Assembly: GCF_000341895.1 (NCBI RefSeq)
Contig: NC_020409.1
Coordinates: forward strand, 750,001-782,000
Source of the DNA: Pseudodesulfovibrio piezophilus C1TLV30
Lineage (GTDB): Bacteria > Desulfobacterota > Desulfovibrionia > Desulfovibrionales > Desulfovibrionaceae
Reading direction: 5' to 3'
Length of the DNA stretch: 32,000 bases
Part shown: positions 1-8,446 of the stretch, piece by piece
Layout of the letters: every line of letters begins with the position of its first letter
Numbering within the stretch: position 1 is the stretch's first letter
The notes under the pieces: model-generated
Database searches by the model: none
Told to the model about the DNA's origin: nothing
The model's input: the letters and a program-made list of their open reading frames with translations, nothing else
Made by a program: the position numbers and the translations under genes

Positions 1-321
1 CACCCCATCCTTCCTCAATCTTTTTAAGGCTTGATGATTGAGTGGGGCTTGAGCCATAGCCAAGACAAGATCCGGTTCAAATGTCTCGACCTTGGCCAAA
101 ACAGCTTGGCTGACGACATTCAAAAAAGAATTTTGCAAATAGCTTAATTTATTTGCAGTGATCTTCAACCCCGCCAACGAATTATAGGCATCGAGGAACT
201 CCGGGGCTTCAAAAACTTCAACCAAATGCCCATCATTACTCAGAGCCGAAGTGATATACCGCCCAATAGGCAGTGACCCACCATAAAGGGGAAGAACAAC
301 AAGAATCCTTAAATTTTTCAT
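1..321 (-). CDS. 5' part (107 codons) of a CDS that runs off the left edge. N-terminus MKNLRILVVLPLYGGSLPIGRY..., possibly a glycosyltransferase (CgeB/DUF3880-like guess).
   Basis: Manual reverse-complement translation from ATG at 321-319 is open for all 107 codons to position 1. The start lies 1 nt after the stop (323-325) of the upstream GT9 gene. It is not in the ORF track because it is edge-truncated. The function guess rests only on the beta-alpha-beta-like N-terminus and the neighbouring gene. Confidence 0.6.
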   Translation of the reverse strand, partial: MKNLRILVVLPLYGGSLPIGRYITSALSNDGHLVEVFEAPEFLDAYNSLAGLKITANKLSYLQNSFLNVVSQAVLAKVETFEPDLVLAMAQAPLNHQALKRLRKDGV

Positions 322-322
322 A

Positions 323-1573
323 TCATATCCCGAATAATTTCTTTGGCCCTTCACTCATCATCCAATCCTTTTCACTGTAGAGGCGCAACGCAAGTGTCGT
401 ATCCGTATCTGAGGCCCCCTCTCCCTCACCAGTGAGATACTGTTGAAGAAAATGACGAAACTGTGTTCGCTTTTCGCTCTCTTTATCCTGTCCGGCAAAA
501 GGAACATAAATCTGGCCCAACTCATCAAAATCCGACCTGAATGCAATCATGTTTTCCGGTGCGTGAGCTTCTTTTTCGGTGACCATGAACCTTTTGAATT
601 CAGAAGAGAAAAAACACTCAAGACAACGGGTTTCGTATGGACAGGGCTGGCTTTCCAGGCACGGCAGGCAGTTTGTTGTCGCTTGATAAACAATATGGCC
701 CTTTCCATAGGGACCAGTTTCAAAACACCATGCCGAAGAAAGGAAAAAAGCTTTCACGGGTGTTCCAAGATGGGCCGCGAGATGCATGGTTCCAGTATCC
801 GGCGTTACAAGGCAGTCAAGCCCTGCCACTCTCTCCACGAGATCGGAGTAGCTGGTCTTTCCGGCCAGATTGAAGGACTTCTGTTGCAAATCTCGAGGTA
901 AAAGCTTGAGAAGCTGTTTTGCTGCACCATACTCCTGAGAACCACCCAGGAGTTGAATACTGTCATAGCTTGAACTAACGACGAGTGTCTGGATGATTGC
1001 CGCCAGGACCGGAACAGGAAGGGAACGACGAGATTCGCGGCCTGCCAAAACCACTCCCAGCCCTCCTCCCCGAGGCTCTGCTGTTGGATTGACATCCTCC
1101 GGAGCGACCTTGTGACGCAGATATCCAGCCCAAAAATCCACAAGATTCAATCCCAATCGCCTTGTCTCCGACCAACGCATGCCCATTGACGGCCAGACTC
1201 CGATAATTTCCTGACCGTTTTTCCACGAATAGCCATGAACAATATCGGGATCAAACAAGGCGGCGAGCCGAAAGTTGAGTCCTGAAAAATTCAAATTGAA
1301 AACAGCCTCGAACGGTATCGATTTGAGTTTCTCAAAAGCCCGCCTGTTCGTGAGAAACACGGAATGGAAACGAGACTGATCCTTATGACCTGTTCCATGG
1401 GCAGCAACCGGGTGCAAAATGACATTCGGATAGATCAATCGGGCCAAAGCCTCCAGAGAGGAGTCGAGACACAGATGCACCTGCTTCTTTTGCGCACATA
1501 GCGATACAATCAATCGCTTTGTCTGAAGCAGATCTCCGAATCGGGCAAGTTGTATAATAAGTATCTGTTCCAT
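323..1573 (-). CDS. Glycosyltransferase family 9 (heptosyltransferase-like) with a ~90-aa C-terminal extension
   Basis: 416-aa ORF. N-terminus ILIIQLARFGDLLQT matches the GT9 RxGD motif. It also has the C-terminal GT-B motif DTGTMHLAAHLGTPV followed by the Cys-rich CLPC...C...CLEC segment common in GT9 enzymes. Confidence 0.75.
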   Translation of the reverse strand: MEQILIIQLARFGDLLQTKRLIVSLCAQKKQVHLCLDSSLEALARLIYPNVILHPVAAHGTGHKDQSRFHSVFLTNRRAFEKLKSIPFEAVFNLNFSGLNFRLAALFDPDIVHGYSWKNGQEIIGVWPSMGMRWSETRRLGLNLVDFWAGYLRHKVAPEDVNPTAEPRGGGLGVVLAGRESRRSLPVPVLAAIIQTLVVSSSYDSIQLLGGSQEYGAAKQLLKLLPRDLQQKSFNLAGKTSYSDLVERVAGLDCLVTPDTGTMHLAAHLGTPVKAFFLSSAWCFETGPYGKGHIVYQATTNCLPCLESQPCPYETRCLECFFSSEFKRFMVTEKEAHAPENMIAFRSDFDELGQIYVPFAGQDKESEKRTQFRHFLQQYLTGEGEGASDTDTTLALRLYSEKDWMMSEGPKKLFGI

Positions 1574-1679
1574 AAGTATTTGGTGTCTTCATTCAGTTTA
1601 GTACAGCAACTAAGAAGGATAAAGCAAGAACCGAGTAATTCATGTTTTACATGCGTGCTGGCATTGGTTATCAAAGCGC

Positions 1680-2357
1680 ATGCGTTATTATCCAGTTTTC
1701 GTTCATCTTGAGAATAAGGATTGCCTCGTCGTCGGAGCAGGAGATGTTGGTAAACGGAAAATCAAGTCACTTCTTGAAGCCCGCGCGCGAACAATTCTGG
1801 TAATCGATACCCACCCGGCAGATGATGAATTAGCCTCAATGGTTTCTCAAAAGCATGTCATCTTTGAATGTCGTGCTTTTCAAGCTTCCGATGTTGAGTC
1901 AAAATTTCTTGTCATCGCAAGTACTTCCAATAAAGCCCTCAACCAGGAAATTTGTGAACTCTGCGAAAGACGCAATACGCTTTGCAATAGTGTGGATCAA
2001 CCCGAGTTGGGCAGTTTCACCGTACCTGCTACTGTCAAACGCGGCGATTTGACTTTGGCAATTTCCACATCTGGGCAAAGCCCGGCCATGACAAGACAAC
2101 TTCGCAGAGATCTCGCGAATCAATTTGGTGATGAATACGCCCGTTTCCTGACTTTTATGGGACGGTTACGCCCTCTTCTCCTTGCTCTTGGAATGGAAAC
2201 AAAAAACAACACGAAGGTCTTCAGGGAAATGGTCGGATCACCACTTCTTAAAGCAATGAAAGAACATAATCTTGACGCCGCTCGCGAAATACTTAAAAAA
2301 TTGCTACCTTCGTCTTTGCACACCAACATACCGGAGCTTCTTGATGAGCTTGTTTGA
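1680..2357 (+). CDS. Precorrin-2 dehydrogenase / sirohydrochlorin ferrochelatase (siroheme synthase N-terminal-domain type, SirC/Met8-like)
   Basis: 225-aa ORF. It begins MRYYPVFVHLENKDCLVVGAGDVGKRKIKSLL, the typical CysG-N/SirC start with a GxGxxGxxK NAD fold. It sits directly upstream of hemA. Confidence 0.8.
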   Translation: MRYYPVFVHLENKDCLVVGAGDVGKRKIKSLLEARARTILVIDTHPADDELASMVSQKHVIFECRAFQASDVESKFLVIASTSNKALNQEICELCERRNTLCNSVDQPELGSFTVPATVKRGDLTLAISTSGQSPAMTRQLRRDLANQFGDEYARFLTFMGRLRPLLLALGMETKNNTKVFREMVGSPLLKAMKEHNLDAAREILKKLLPSSLHTNIPELLDELV

Positions 2358-3156
2358 GATACTAAAAATTGTAATCATACTCTTATACGGATTAGGGACG
2401 ATCCTTTTCCTGACCGGTGTTGCAACCAATAACAACCGGCTGAAAAAAATGGCGGTCTGGTTTGCTGTCATCGGCTTTACGACCAACACCCTAGATCTGG
2501 CATTTGTCCTGGCTCGCGAACCGGCAGCCCTCTATGCCGGGAAATTCTATTTCAATATTCTTGCATGGTGTGTACTGGCACTTTATTTCTTCTTGTGGTG
2601 GAGGCTCAAGCTCGAATTCCTCGCGATTACCGCGCTGCCCTTATCTCTTCTGCTTTTTATTGCCTCAATGGCGCTCGGCGGCATTCATGTAGCGATGCCC
2701 AGCCAAATGACGGCTCTTTTTTTTGGTCTCCATATAGGCTCATTGATTCTGACACTAGGCGTTTTGATGATGGCCTTTGGAGCTGCAATTGCTTTTCTGT
2801 ATTATAATCGAAAATTAAAGACCAAAGCAGGCCTCTCCAGTATCGGCAAGGACGTTCCCTCTCTTGATAAATTTGATAAAGTAAACAATTGGGCTGTATC
2901 CTTGGGCTTCCCGCTCTTTACTCTTGGCCTGTTCTCCACATACTCATGGTATTGGATCTCTCCCGACAAGATTTTCCGTTGGGACATCATGAAAATAGGC
3001 TCCCTCGCAGTCTGGTTCCTATTTGCCTTTCTTTACCACCAACGCAAAGTTCTCGGATGGCGAGGGCGTAAACCGGCCATTTTGGCCATATGGATTTTCA
3101 TTGGAATGGGCATCTCACTTATCCATCATACAATTACTTTCAGGGCCATGCCATGA
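2344..3156 (+). CDS. Polytopic membrane protein of the cytochrome c assembly (CcsA/HemX-like) family
   Basis: Start chosen at the internal ATG (MSLFEILKIVIILLYG), which overlaps the sirC stop by 14 nt. It has about 8 hydrophobic helices and a Trp-rich segment YSWYWISPDKIFRWD resembling a diverged WGxxWxWDPKE motif. Its end overlaps the hemA start (ATGA). Confidence 0.65.
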   Translation: MSLFEILKIVIILLYGLGTILFLTGVATNNNRLKKMAVWFAVIGFTTNTLDLAFVLAREPAALYAGKFYFNILAWCVLALYFFLWWRLKLEFLAITALPLSLLLFIASMALGGIHVAMPSQMTALFFGLHIGSLILTLGVLMMAFGAAIAFLYYNRKLKTKAGLSSIGKDVPSLDKFDKVNNWAVSLGFPLFTLGLFSTYSWYWISPDKIFRWDIMKIGSLAVWFLFAFLYHQRKVLGWRGRKPAILAIWIFIGMGISLIHHTITFRAMP

Positions 3157-4526
3157 ATAGAAAAATCATTCTTATAGGGCTCAACCATAAAACGGCCAAT
3201 GTGAATATCCGAGAAAAATTTGCTTTGACTGATACCGAGCATTTCGAGAAGGGCTTAGCCGCACATTGCCCTATCCATGAGTGTATGTGCCTCTCCACCT
3301 GCAACCGGGTGGAGATAATAGCAACCGCCAAGCATGCTTCGGAACAGGACGTTCTCAACTCAATTATCGAATATTGGGCGAGCACATGCCATGGTTCAGT
3401 AGCTGATTTGGTTGAGAACACGTACCAATACACGGATCTTGAGGCTGTCGAGCACATCTTTACCGTTGCATGTAGCTTGGATTCCATGGTTATGGGTGAA
3501 CCTCAAATCCTTGGCCAACTCAAGGATGCCTACCGTAAAGCCGTTGATGAGGGGACAGCCAGAACCATTATCAACCGTCTTCTTCATAAATCCTTTTCTG
3601 TGGCCAAAAGAGTACGGACAGAGACGGCAATAGCATCAAGCGCTGTCTCCATCAGCTTTGCGGCAGTCGAACTGGCGAAAAAGATATTCGGTAACCTCAG
3701 TGGGACGCGAGCAATGCTCATCGGCGCTGGCGAGATGGCAGAACTTGCAGCGACCCACCTGCTCCAAAATGGAGTACAGGATATCATCATAGCCAATCGG
3801 ACTCTTTCCAGAGCAAAGGAATTAGCACGTTCCATGGGGGGAGAACCCATCCAGATTGAAAACATGGCTGATCGGCTCCATGAAGTTGATATTGTCATCA
3901 GCTCGACGGGATCACCTGTCGCCGTGGTTCAGGCAAAAGCGGTAAAAAAAGTTCTCAGGAAGCGCAAAAACAAGCCGATGTTCTTTATTGATATTGCTGT
4001 GCCACGAGATATAGACCCTGATGTGAACCAGTTGGACAACACCTATCTCTACGATATTGATGACCTCAAGGAAGTTGTAGAAGATAATATGGCCCAGCGT
4101 CACGAAGAGGCTGCAAAAGCCCGAGCTGTCGTCACAGCAGAGACTGCAACATTTAAGAACTGGCTCAACTCTCTGGAGATTCAACCGACCATTGTCGACC
4201 TTGTTGATAAAAATGAAGAAATCGCATTGAGAGAACTCGCGAAAACATTAAAAAAGATCGGTCCGGTTGATCAAAAGACACGGAACTCTCTCGAAACGCT
4301 TGTTCTCTCCGTCAGCCGAAAATGTCTTCATGAACCTCTGTGCTTTTTAAAAAGACGAACTCAGGAAGAAGGGTCTGCCGAGAGGTTCATTGATTTGGCC
4401 AGACGAATGTTCAATCTCGACGAGGAGGTTGTTCCCCCCGATGCCCATTTGGATAGAAAAAATACAACCTGCGCTCCAGAAGACATCGACAGGTTTATAG
4501 ATGCATCAAAAAACAAGGAACAATAA
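3153..4526 (+). CDS. hemA: Glutamyl-tRNA reductase
   Basis: Start at MNRKIILIGLNHKTANVNIREKF. The catalytic-Cys motif LSTCNRVEII and the NADPH-fold motif LIGAGEMAEL are present. Length 457 aa. Confidence 0.92.
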   Translation: MNRKIILIGLNHKTANVNIREKFALTDTEHFEKGLAAHCPIHECMCLSTCNRVEIIATAKHASEQDVLNSIIEYWASTCHGSVADLVENTYQYTDLEAVEHIFTVACSLDSMVMGEPQILGQLKDAYRKAVDEGTARTIINRLLHKSFSVAKRVRTETAIASSAVSISFAAVELAKKIFGNLSGTRAMLIGAGEMAELAATHLLQNGVQDIIIANRTLSRAKELARSMGGEPIQIENMADRLHEVDIVISSTGSPVAVVQAKAVKKVLRKRKNKPMFFIDIAVPRDIDPDVNQLDNTYLYDIDDLKEVVEDNMAQRHEEAAKARAVVTAETATFKNWLNSLEIQPTIVDLVDKNEEIALRELAKTLKKIGPVDQKTRNSLETLVLSVSRKCLHEPLCFLKRRTQEEGSAERFIDLARRMFNLDEEVVPPDAHLDRKNTTCAPEDIDRFIDASKNKEQ

Positions 4527-4873
4527 TGCGTATATACCTTATTGAAGATATAGCTGATACCGATATTGAAAAGGCTCGCACAGCTTTTGATGAACTGGAA
4601 TTACGGGGAGGATTGGATGGCATATATTATCTCCCTTTACCTGATGAACTTCTGCAACAGGAACAAGAGACACATGCGAATGAATGTGGACCATATTTCA
4701 TGGCCCTTGAATTCCTGACAGACCGGGGAGTCAATCAGTTGCGCCTTGAACTTCTGGTCCGGGCCAAAAATAAAATGCGTTGCTCTTGTGTCTCCTATGC
4801 GACATCTGACCAGCGTAAACACATGATCGAGTATCTCGACCAATTTCTTGATGAACTCGAAATTTCGATATAA
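4526..4873 (+). CDS. Hypothetical acidic 115-aa protein (orf115)
   Basis: ORF is joined to hemA and to tilS by TAATG stop/start overlaps at both ends. I recognise no motif. Confidence 0.6.
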   Translation: MRIYLIEDIADTDIEKARTAFDELELRGGLDGIYYLPLPDELLQQEQETHANECGPYFMALEFLTDRGVNQLRLELLVRAKNKMRCSCVSYATSDQRKHMIEYLDQFLDELEISI

Positions 4874-5883
4874 TGCAATCGCAGTTCCTTGACCTCCCTA
4901 CTTCACTTCAGGAAATTCCCCCTCAATGGGCGCATTTCTGTCTTAACGTAGACAACTTCATCGCTCATGAACTCAAGCTTTCAATAGACAATAAAACAAG
5001 CATTGTCGGATTTTCAGGTGGAGTTGACTCAACCGCTCTTATCCTCACTTTGCAGTTTCTGGCAAAAAGAAGAGGAGGCAGGATTGTTGCTGCCCATATG
5101 AACCACAATCTTCGCAAAGAAGCTCAGGAGGATTCTCAATGGTGCGAAGCTTTCTGTAAGAAGCTTGGAATTGAGTGTTTCACCCGTTCAGAAGATATTC
5201 GAAATAGCGCCAAGATCAATGGAATCGGCATCGAAGAAGCGGGAAGAGACGCCAGGTATAAATTTTTCCAAGATATCATGAGGCTGGTCAAAGGGGATTT
5301 TGTCATGTTGGGCCATCACCTCGATGATCTTTGCGAAGATGTTCTCATGCGACTGACTCGTGGAACTGCATGGCCCGGACTTGCTGGGATGTCTGGATTT
5401 GATCCACACAGAACACTGGTCAGGCCTTTTTTACTCACCCCAAAATCAGAATTGAAATCTTTTTTACAGGATTTGAAGGTTGGTTGGAGAGAAGATGCCT
5501 CCAACCAAGATGATGAATGGACTCGAAATAGGGTTCGCACAACTCTCCTCCCTCTTTTTCTCAAAGAAAATCCTAAGTTCCGAGAATCCATAGCCCGCAT
5601 GTGGAAAATCGGCCGAATAGATTCAGATTATTGGAACCAAATGACGTCGAGCCCAGACCAAGAACTGTCACAAAAAGTCCTTCTTTCTTCTCATAAAGCA
5701 CTTCGTCTTCGATTGTTTAAAGCGGCCCTTGACAATTTAGGCGAAGGACAGGCCCTAGCGAAAACCCTGTTCAAACTCGATCAAGCGTGGTGCGACAAAA
5801 AGAACGGGGCTGTATTTCAATTCCCAGGAAATAAAGTCGCGACGATCACTGCATCGGGTGTGGTTTTCTCCCACAAACATTGA
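4873..5883 (+). CDS. tilS: tRNA(Ile)-lysidine synthase
   Basis: 336 aa. The PP-loop motif VGFSGGVDSTAL is followed by HMNHNLR and LGHHLDD, the typical TilS N-terminal domain. Confidence 0.85.
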   Translation: MQSQFLDLPTSLQEIPPQWAHFCLNVDNFIAHELKLSIDNKTSIVGFSGGVDSTALILTLQFLAKRRGGRIVAAHMNHNLRKEAQEDSQWCEAFCKKLGIECFTRSEDIRNSAKINGIGIEEAGRDARYKFFQDIMRLVKGDFVMLGHHLDDLCEDVLMRLTRGTAWPGLAGMSGFDPHRTLVRPFLLTPKSELKSFLQDLKVGWREDASNQDDEWTRNRVRTTLLPLFLKENPKFRESIARMWKIGRIDSDYWNQMTSSPDQELSQKVLLSSHKALRLRLFKAALDNLGEGQALAKTLFKLDQAWCDKKNGAVFQFPGNKVATITASGVVFSHKH

Positions 5884-5906
5884 CTTCCTCCATACAGCGG
5901 TATAAT
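5880..5906 (+). promoter_or_regulatory. Candidate sigma70-type promoter for adk (TTGACT-N15-TATAAT)
   Basis: TTGACT at 5880-5885 and a perfect TATAAT at 5901-5906, about 75 nt upstream of the adk ATG. The spacer is only 15 nt, which is suboptimal. Confidence 0.35.
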
Positions 5907-5980
5907 AGCATGTGATCTTTTGCACAATGTCTCTTAGATATTGTCATATCGCGCTTTATTATCATCAGGAGGAGTTTTGT

Positions 5981-6646
5981 ATGAATATTCTGATTTTCGG
6001 CCCCAATGGCTCCGGTAAAGGCACCCAGGGAACCCTGGCTAAAGATAAGTACGGTCTGGATCATATCGAATCCGGGGCTATTTTCCGCAAACATATCGGC
6101 GGCGGCACCGAACTCGGCATGAAAGCCAAGGAATTTATCAACAAGGGCGAGCTTGTTCCTGATGATATCACGATCCCAATGGTTCTCGATGTCTTGGCCA
6201 GCTCCACCAACGGATGGCTGCTTGACGGCTTTCCCCGCTCTCTGGTTCAGGGAGAAAAATTGTGGGAAGCTTTGCAAAAAGATGGTGTCAAACTTGATTA
6301 CGTGATTGAGATCAAACTGCCGCGTGACATTGCCAAAGGCCGTATCATGGGGCGTCGCCTCTGTGAAAACAACCCCAACCACCCGAACAATGTTGGCATT
6401 CCGGTCATCGCACCTGAAGGCGACAAATGCCGTGTGTGTGGCGGCTCTCTCTCTGCTCGTGATGATGATCAGGATGAGGGTGCAATTGATGTCCGTCATA
6501 ATATCTACTATGATGAAGAAACCGGAACCATGGCAGCTTGTAACTTTTACAAGAACATGAAAGATGGTGGCTTCAAGTACATTGAACTAGACGGCGAGCA
6601 ATCCATTGATGCAATCAAGGAATACTTGATGGCACAGCTCGTCTAG
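5981..6646 (+). CDS. adk: Adenylate kinase, long-lid form with a Cys-X5-His-X15-Cys-X2-Cys metal site
   Basis: Start at MNILIFGPNGSGKGTQG (P-loop), preceded by AGGAGG. The lid sequence is RRLCENNPNHPNNVGIPVIAPEGDKCRVCGG. Confidence 0.93.
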   Translation: MNILIFGPNGSGKGTQGTLAKDKYGLDHIESGAIFRKHIGGGTELGMKAKEFINKGELVPDDITIPMVLDVLASSTNGWLLDGFPRSLVQGEKLWEALQKDGVKLDYVIEIKLPRDIAKGRIMGRRLCENNPNHPNNVGIPVIAPEGDKCRVCGGSLSARDDDQDEGAIDVRHNIYYDEETGTMAACNFYKNMKDGGFKYIELDGEQSIDAIKEYLMAQLV

Positions 6647-6667
6647 TCTTCTACAAATAGACGTCTT

Positions 6668-6703
6668 AAGCCTCCCAGATTCCATCCGGGAGGCTTTTTT
6701 TCT
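6668..6703 (+). terminator. Rho-independent terminator after adk
   Basis: AAGCCTCCC (6668-6676) pairs with GGGAGGCTT (6688-6696) and is followed by TTTTTTTCTT. Confidence 0.8.
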
Positions 6704-6755
6704 TCAAAACACACAATGCCCCTACAGTAGCCTTCCTATAAAAACTGTTTACTCT

Positions 6756-7643
6756 ATGTCTCGAATCAAAACTCTTGGCTTTCTCTACGCCCTTATTGCC
6801 GTCAGCATCTGGTCTGGAAACTTCATCATTGCCAGCGGGATGGTAAACACGCTTCCTCCCATTACACTTGCAGCACTCAGGTGGTGCACAGCTACCATAG
6901 TCCTGATCCCCTTTGCAGTGAAAGCCATTCGCCGGGACCAAAAAGCCCTTCTTGCCTACAAATGGTCAACCCTTACTGCGGCGATAACCGGAGTCACTCT
7001 TTTTAACACACTCGTTTACATAAGTGCACGGACTACAGACACAGCCAATATGGCTCTCTTTGCTTCGACAACACCTATTTTTGTCGTGATTCTCTCAAGA
7101 ATCTTTCTTGGTGAAGCAATCAGTTATTTACGAGCCTTTGGTTTGGCCATTGCAGTGGCAGGCATGCTAATCATCGCCACACACGGTAATATAGACACCC
7201 TGTTACACATGACTTTTCGCGTTGGAGATATATGGATGCTCCTAGCAGGTCTGCTCTGGGCCATATATTCCATACTAGTCAAACGGAAGCCGTCTGATAT
7301 TAGCCAATATTCTTTTCTTGGAGCGCTCTTTTTCATCGGAGCAATACCACTTATCCCGGCGGCCTTTGTTGAACAGTGCTACTCGCCGAATTGGGCTATG
7401 ACTCCATCAATTTTGGGAGCGACCGTCTATATAGGTATAGGAGCATCTTTAGTGGCTTTTTTTCTATGGAACCAAGCTGTCACCCACATAGGCCCGGGAA
7501 CATCATCCCTCTTTCAATATTTCATGCCGATTTTCAGTAGTATTGGGGCTTTTTTCCTTCTAGATCAACCGATTACGCATTCGCATGTAGTCGGATTCGT
7601 CCTCATATTTACAGGGGTCATCTTAGCGACACGTTCAAAATAG
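6756..7643 (+). CDS. DMT-superfamily (EamA-type) transporter
   Basis: 295 aa with about 10 hydrophobic helices in two repeated halves. The N-terminus IAVSIWSGNFIIA is typical of EamA domains. Confidence 0.75.
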   Translation: MSRIKTLGFLYALIAVSIWSGNFIIASGMVNTLPPITLAALRWCTATIVLIPFAVKAIRRDQKALLAYKWSTLTAAITGVTLFNTLVYISARTTDTANMALFASTTPIFVVILSRIFLGEAISYLRAFGLAIAVAGMLIIATHGNIDTLLHMTFRVGDIWMLLAGLLWAIYSILVKRKPSDISQYSFLGALFFIGAIPLIPAAFVEQCYSPNWAMTPSILGATVYIGIGASLVAFFLWNQAVTHIGPGTSSLFQYFMPIFSSIGAFFLLDQPITHSHVVGFVLIFTGVILATRSK

Positions 7644-7692
7644 AGAGCATCAAGAATTGCCAAACACACCCTCTCTAGCGTATTTGTCTGCT

Positions 7693-8157
7693 ATGAAATA
7701 CCTCATTTTTGCCCTTATTCTTTTTCTTAGCACCACAGTTTCCCTGATAATACTCTCTCAACGCAAACCAAACTCCTTGGGCATAACAAACGGCAAACTC
7801 TCTCAATGCCCAAACAAAGACAATTGCGTCTCATCAGAAGCTGACATTGCAAAATATGCCATAGCTCCACTCCATGCGACCGGAAGCGTTGCACGAGAAA
7901 TGGCACATTTGACCAAAACAATTGGTTTGATGGACGGCAGTAGGATTATCACGGTTGAAGGCAACTACCTTCATGCAGAATTTTCAACGCCTTTATTGCA
8001 TTTTGTAGACGACCTTGAATGCTTCTATGAACAAGACAAAGGTATAATCAATGTCAGATCGGCTTCCAGAGTGGGATACTCCGACTTGGGTGCAAATCGA
8101 AAGCGTCTTGAAAAGCTCCGAACACTTTTCAACTCTTCACATGATTCAGAACAATAG
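7693..8157 (+). CDS. DUF1499-family protein with an N-terminal signal/anchor
   Basis: The C-terminal RSASRVGYSDLGANRKRLEKLR matches the DUF1499 signature as I remember it. I prefer the ATG at 7693 (MKYLIFALILFL) over the TTG at 7657 given in the ORF track. Confidence 0.65.
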   Translation: MKYLIFALILFLSTTVSLIILSQRKPNSLGITNGKLSQCPNKDNCVSSEADIAKYAIAPLHATGSVAREMAHLTKTIGLMDGSRIITVEGNYLHAEFSTPLLHFVDDLECFYEQDKGIINVRSASRVGYSDLGANRKRLEKLRTLFNSSHDSEQ

Positions 8158-8183
8158 ACATCAAGCAAATGGGACCATTTTTT

Positions 8184-8213
8184 GCGGGAAGCGGTTATGC
8201 CGCTTCCCGTTTC
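8184..8213. terminator. Hairpin between the convergent DUF1499 and ferredoxin genes
   Basis: CGGGAAGCGG (8185-8194) pairs with CCGCTTCCCG (8200-8209). A T-run lies before it and TTTCATC after it. The U-tract is weak for either direction. Confidence 0.5.
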
Positions 8214-8224
8214 ATCACTCAGAA

Positions 8225-8446
<222 letters not shown>

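Noticed and set aside
614-670. Cys cluster C-X2-C-X5-C-X5-C-X2-C in the GT9 protein as a possible novel metal site
   Set aside because: A Cys-rich CxPC...C...C segment after the DTG.MHLA motif is, as far as I remember, a common feature of the heptosyltransferase family. It is not novel.
5846-6499. 217-aa minus-strand ORF
   Set aside because: It is antisense to adk, which has a P-loop, a lid motif and an SD. Typical shadow ORF.
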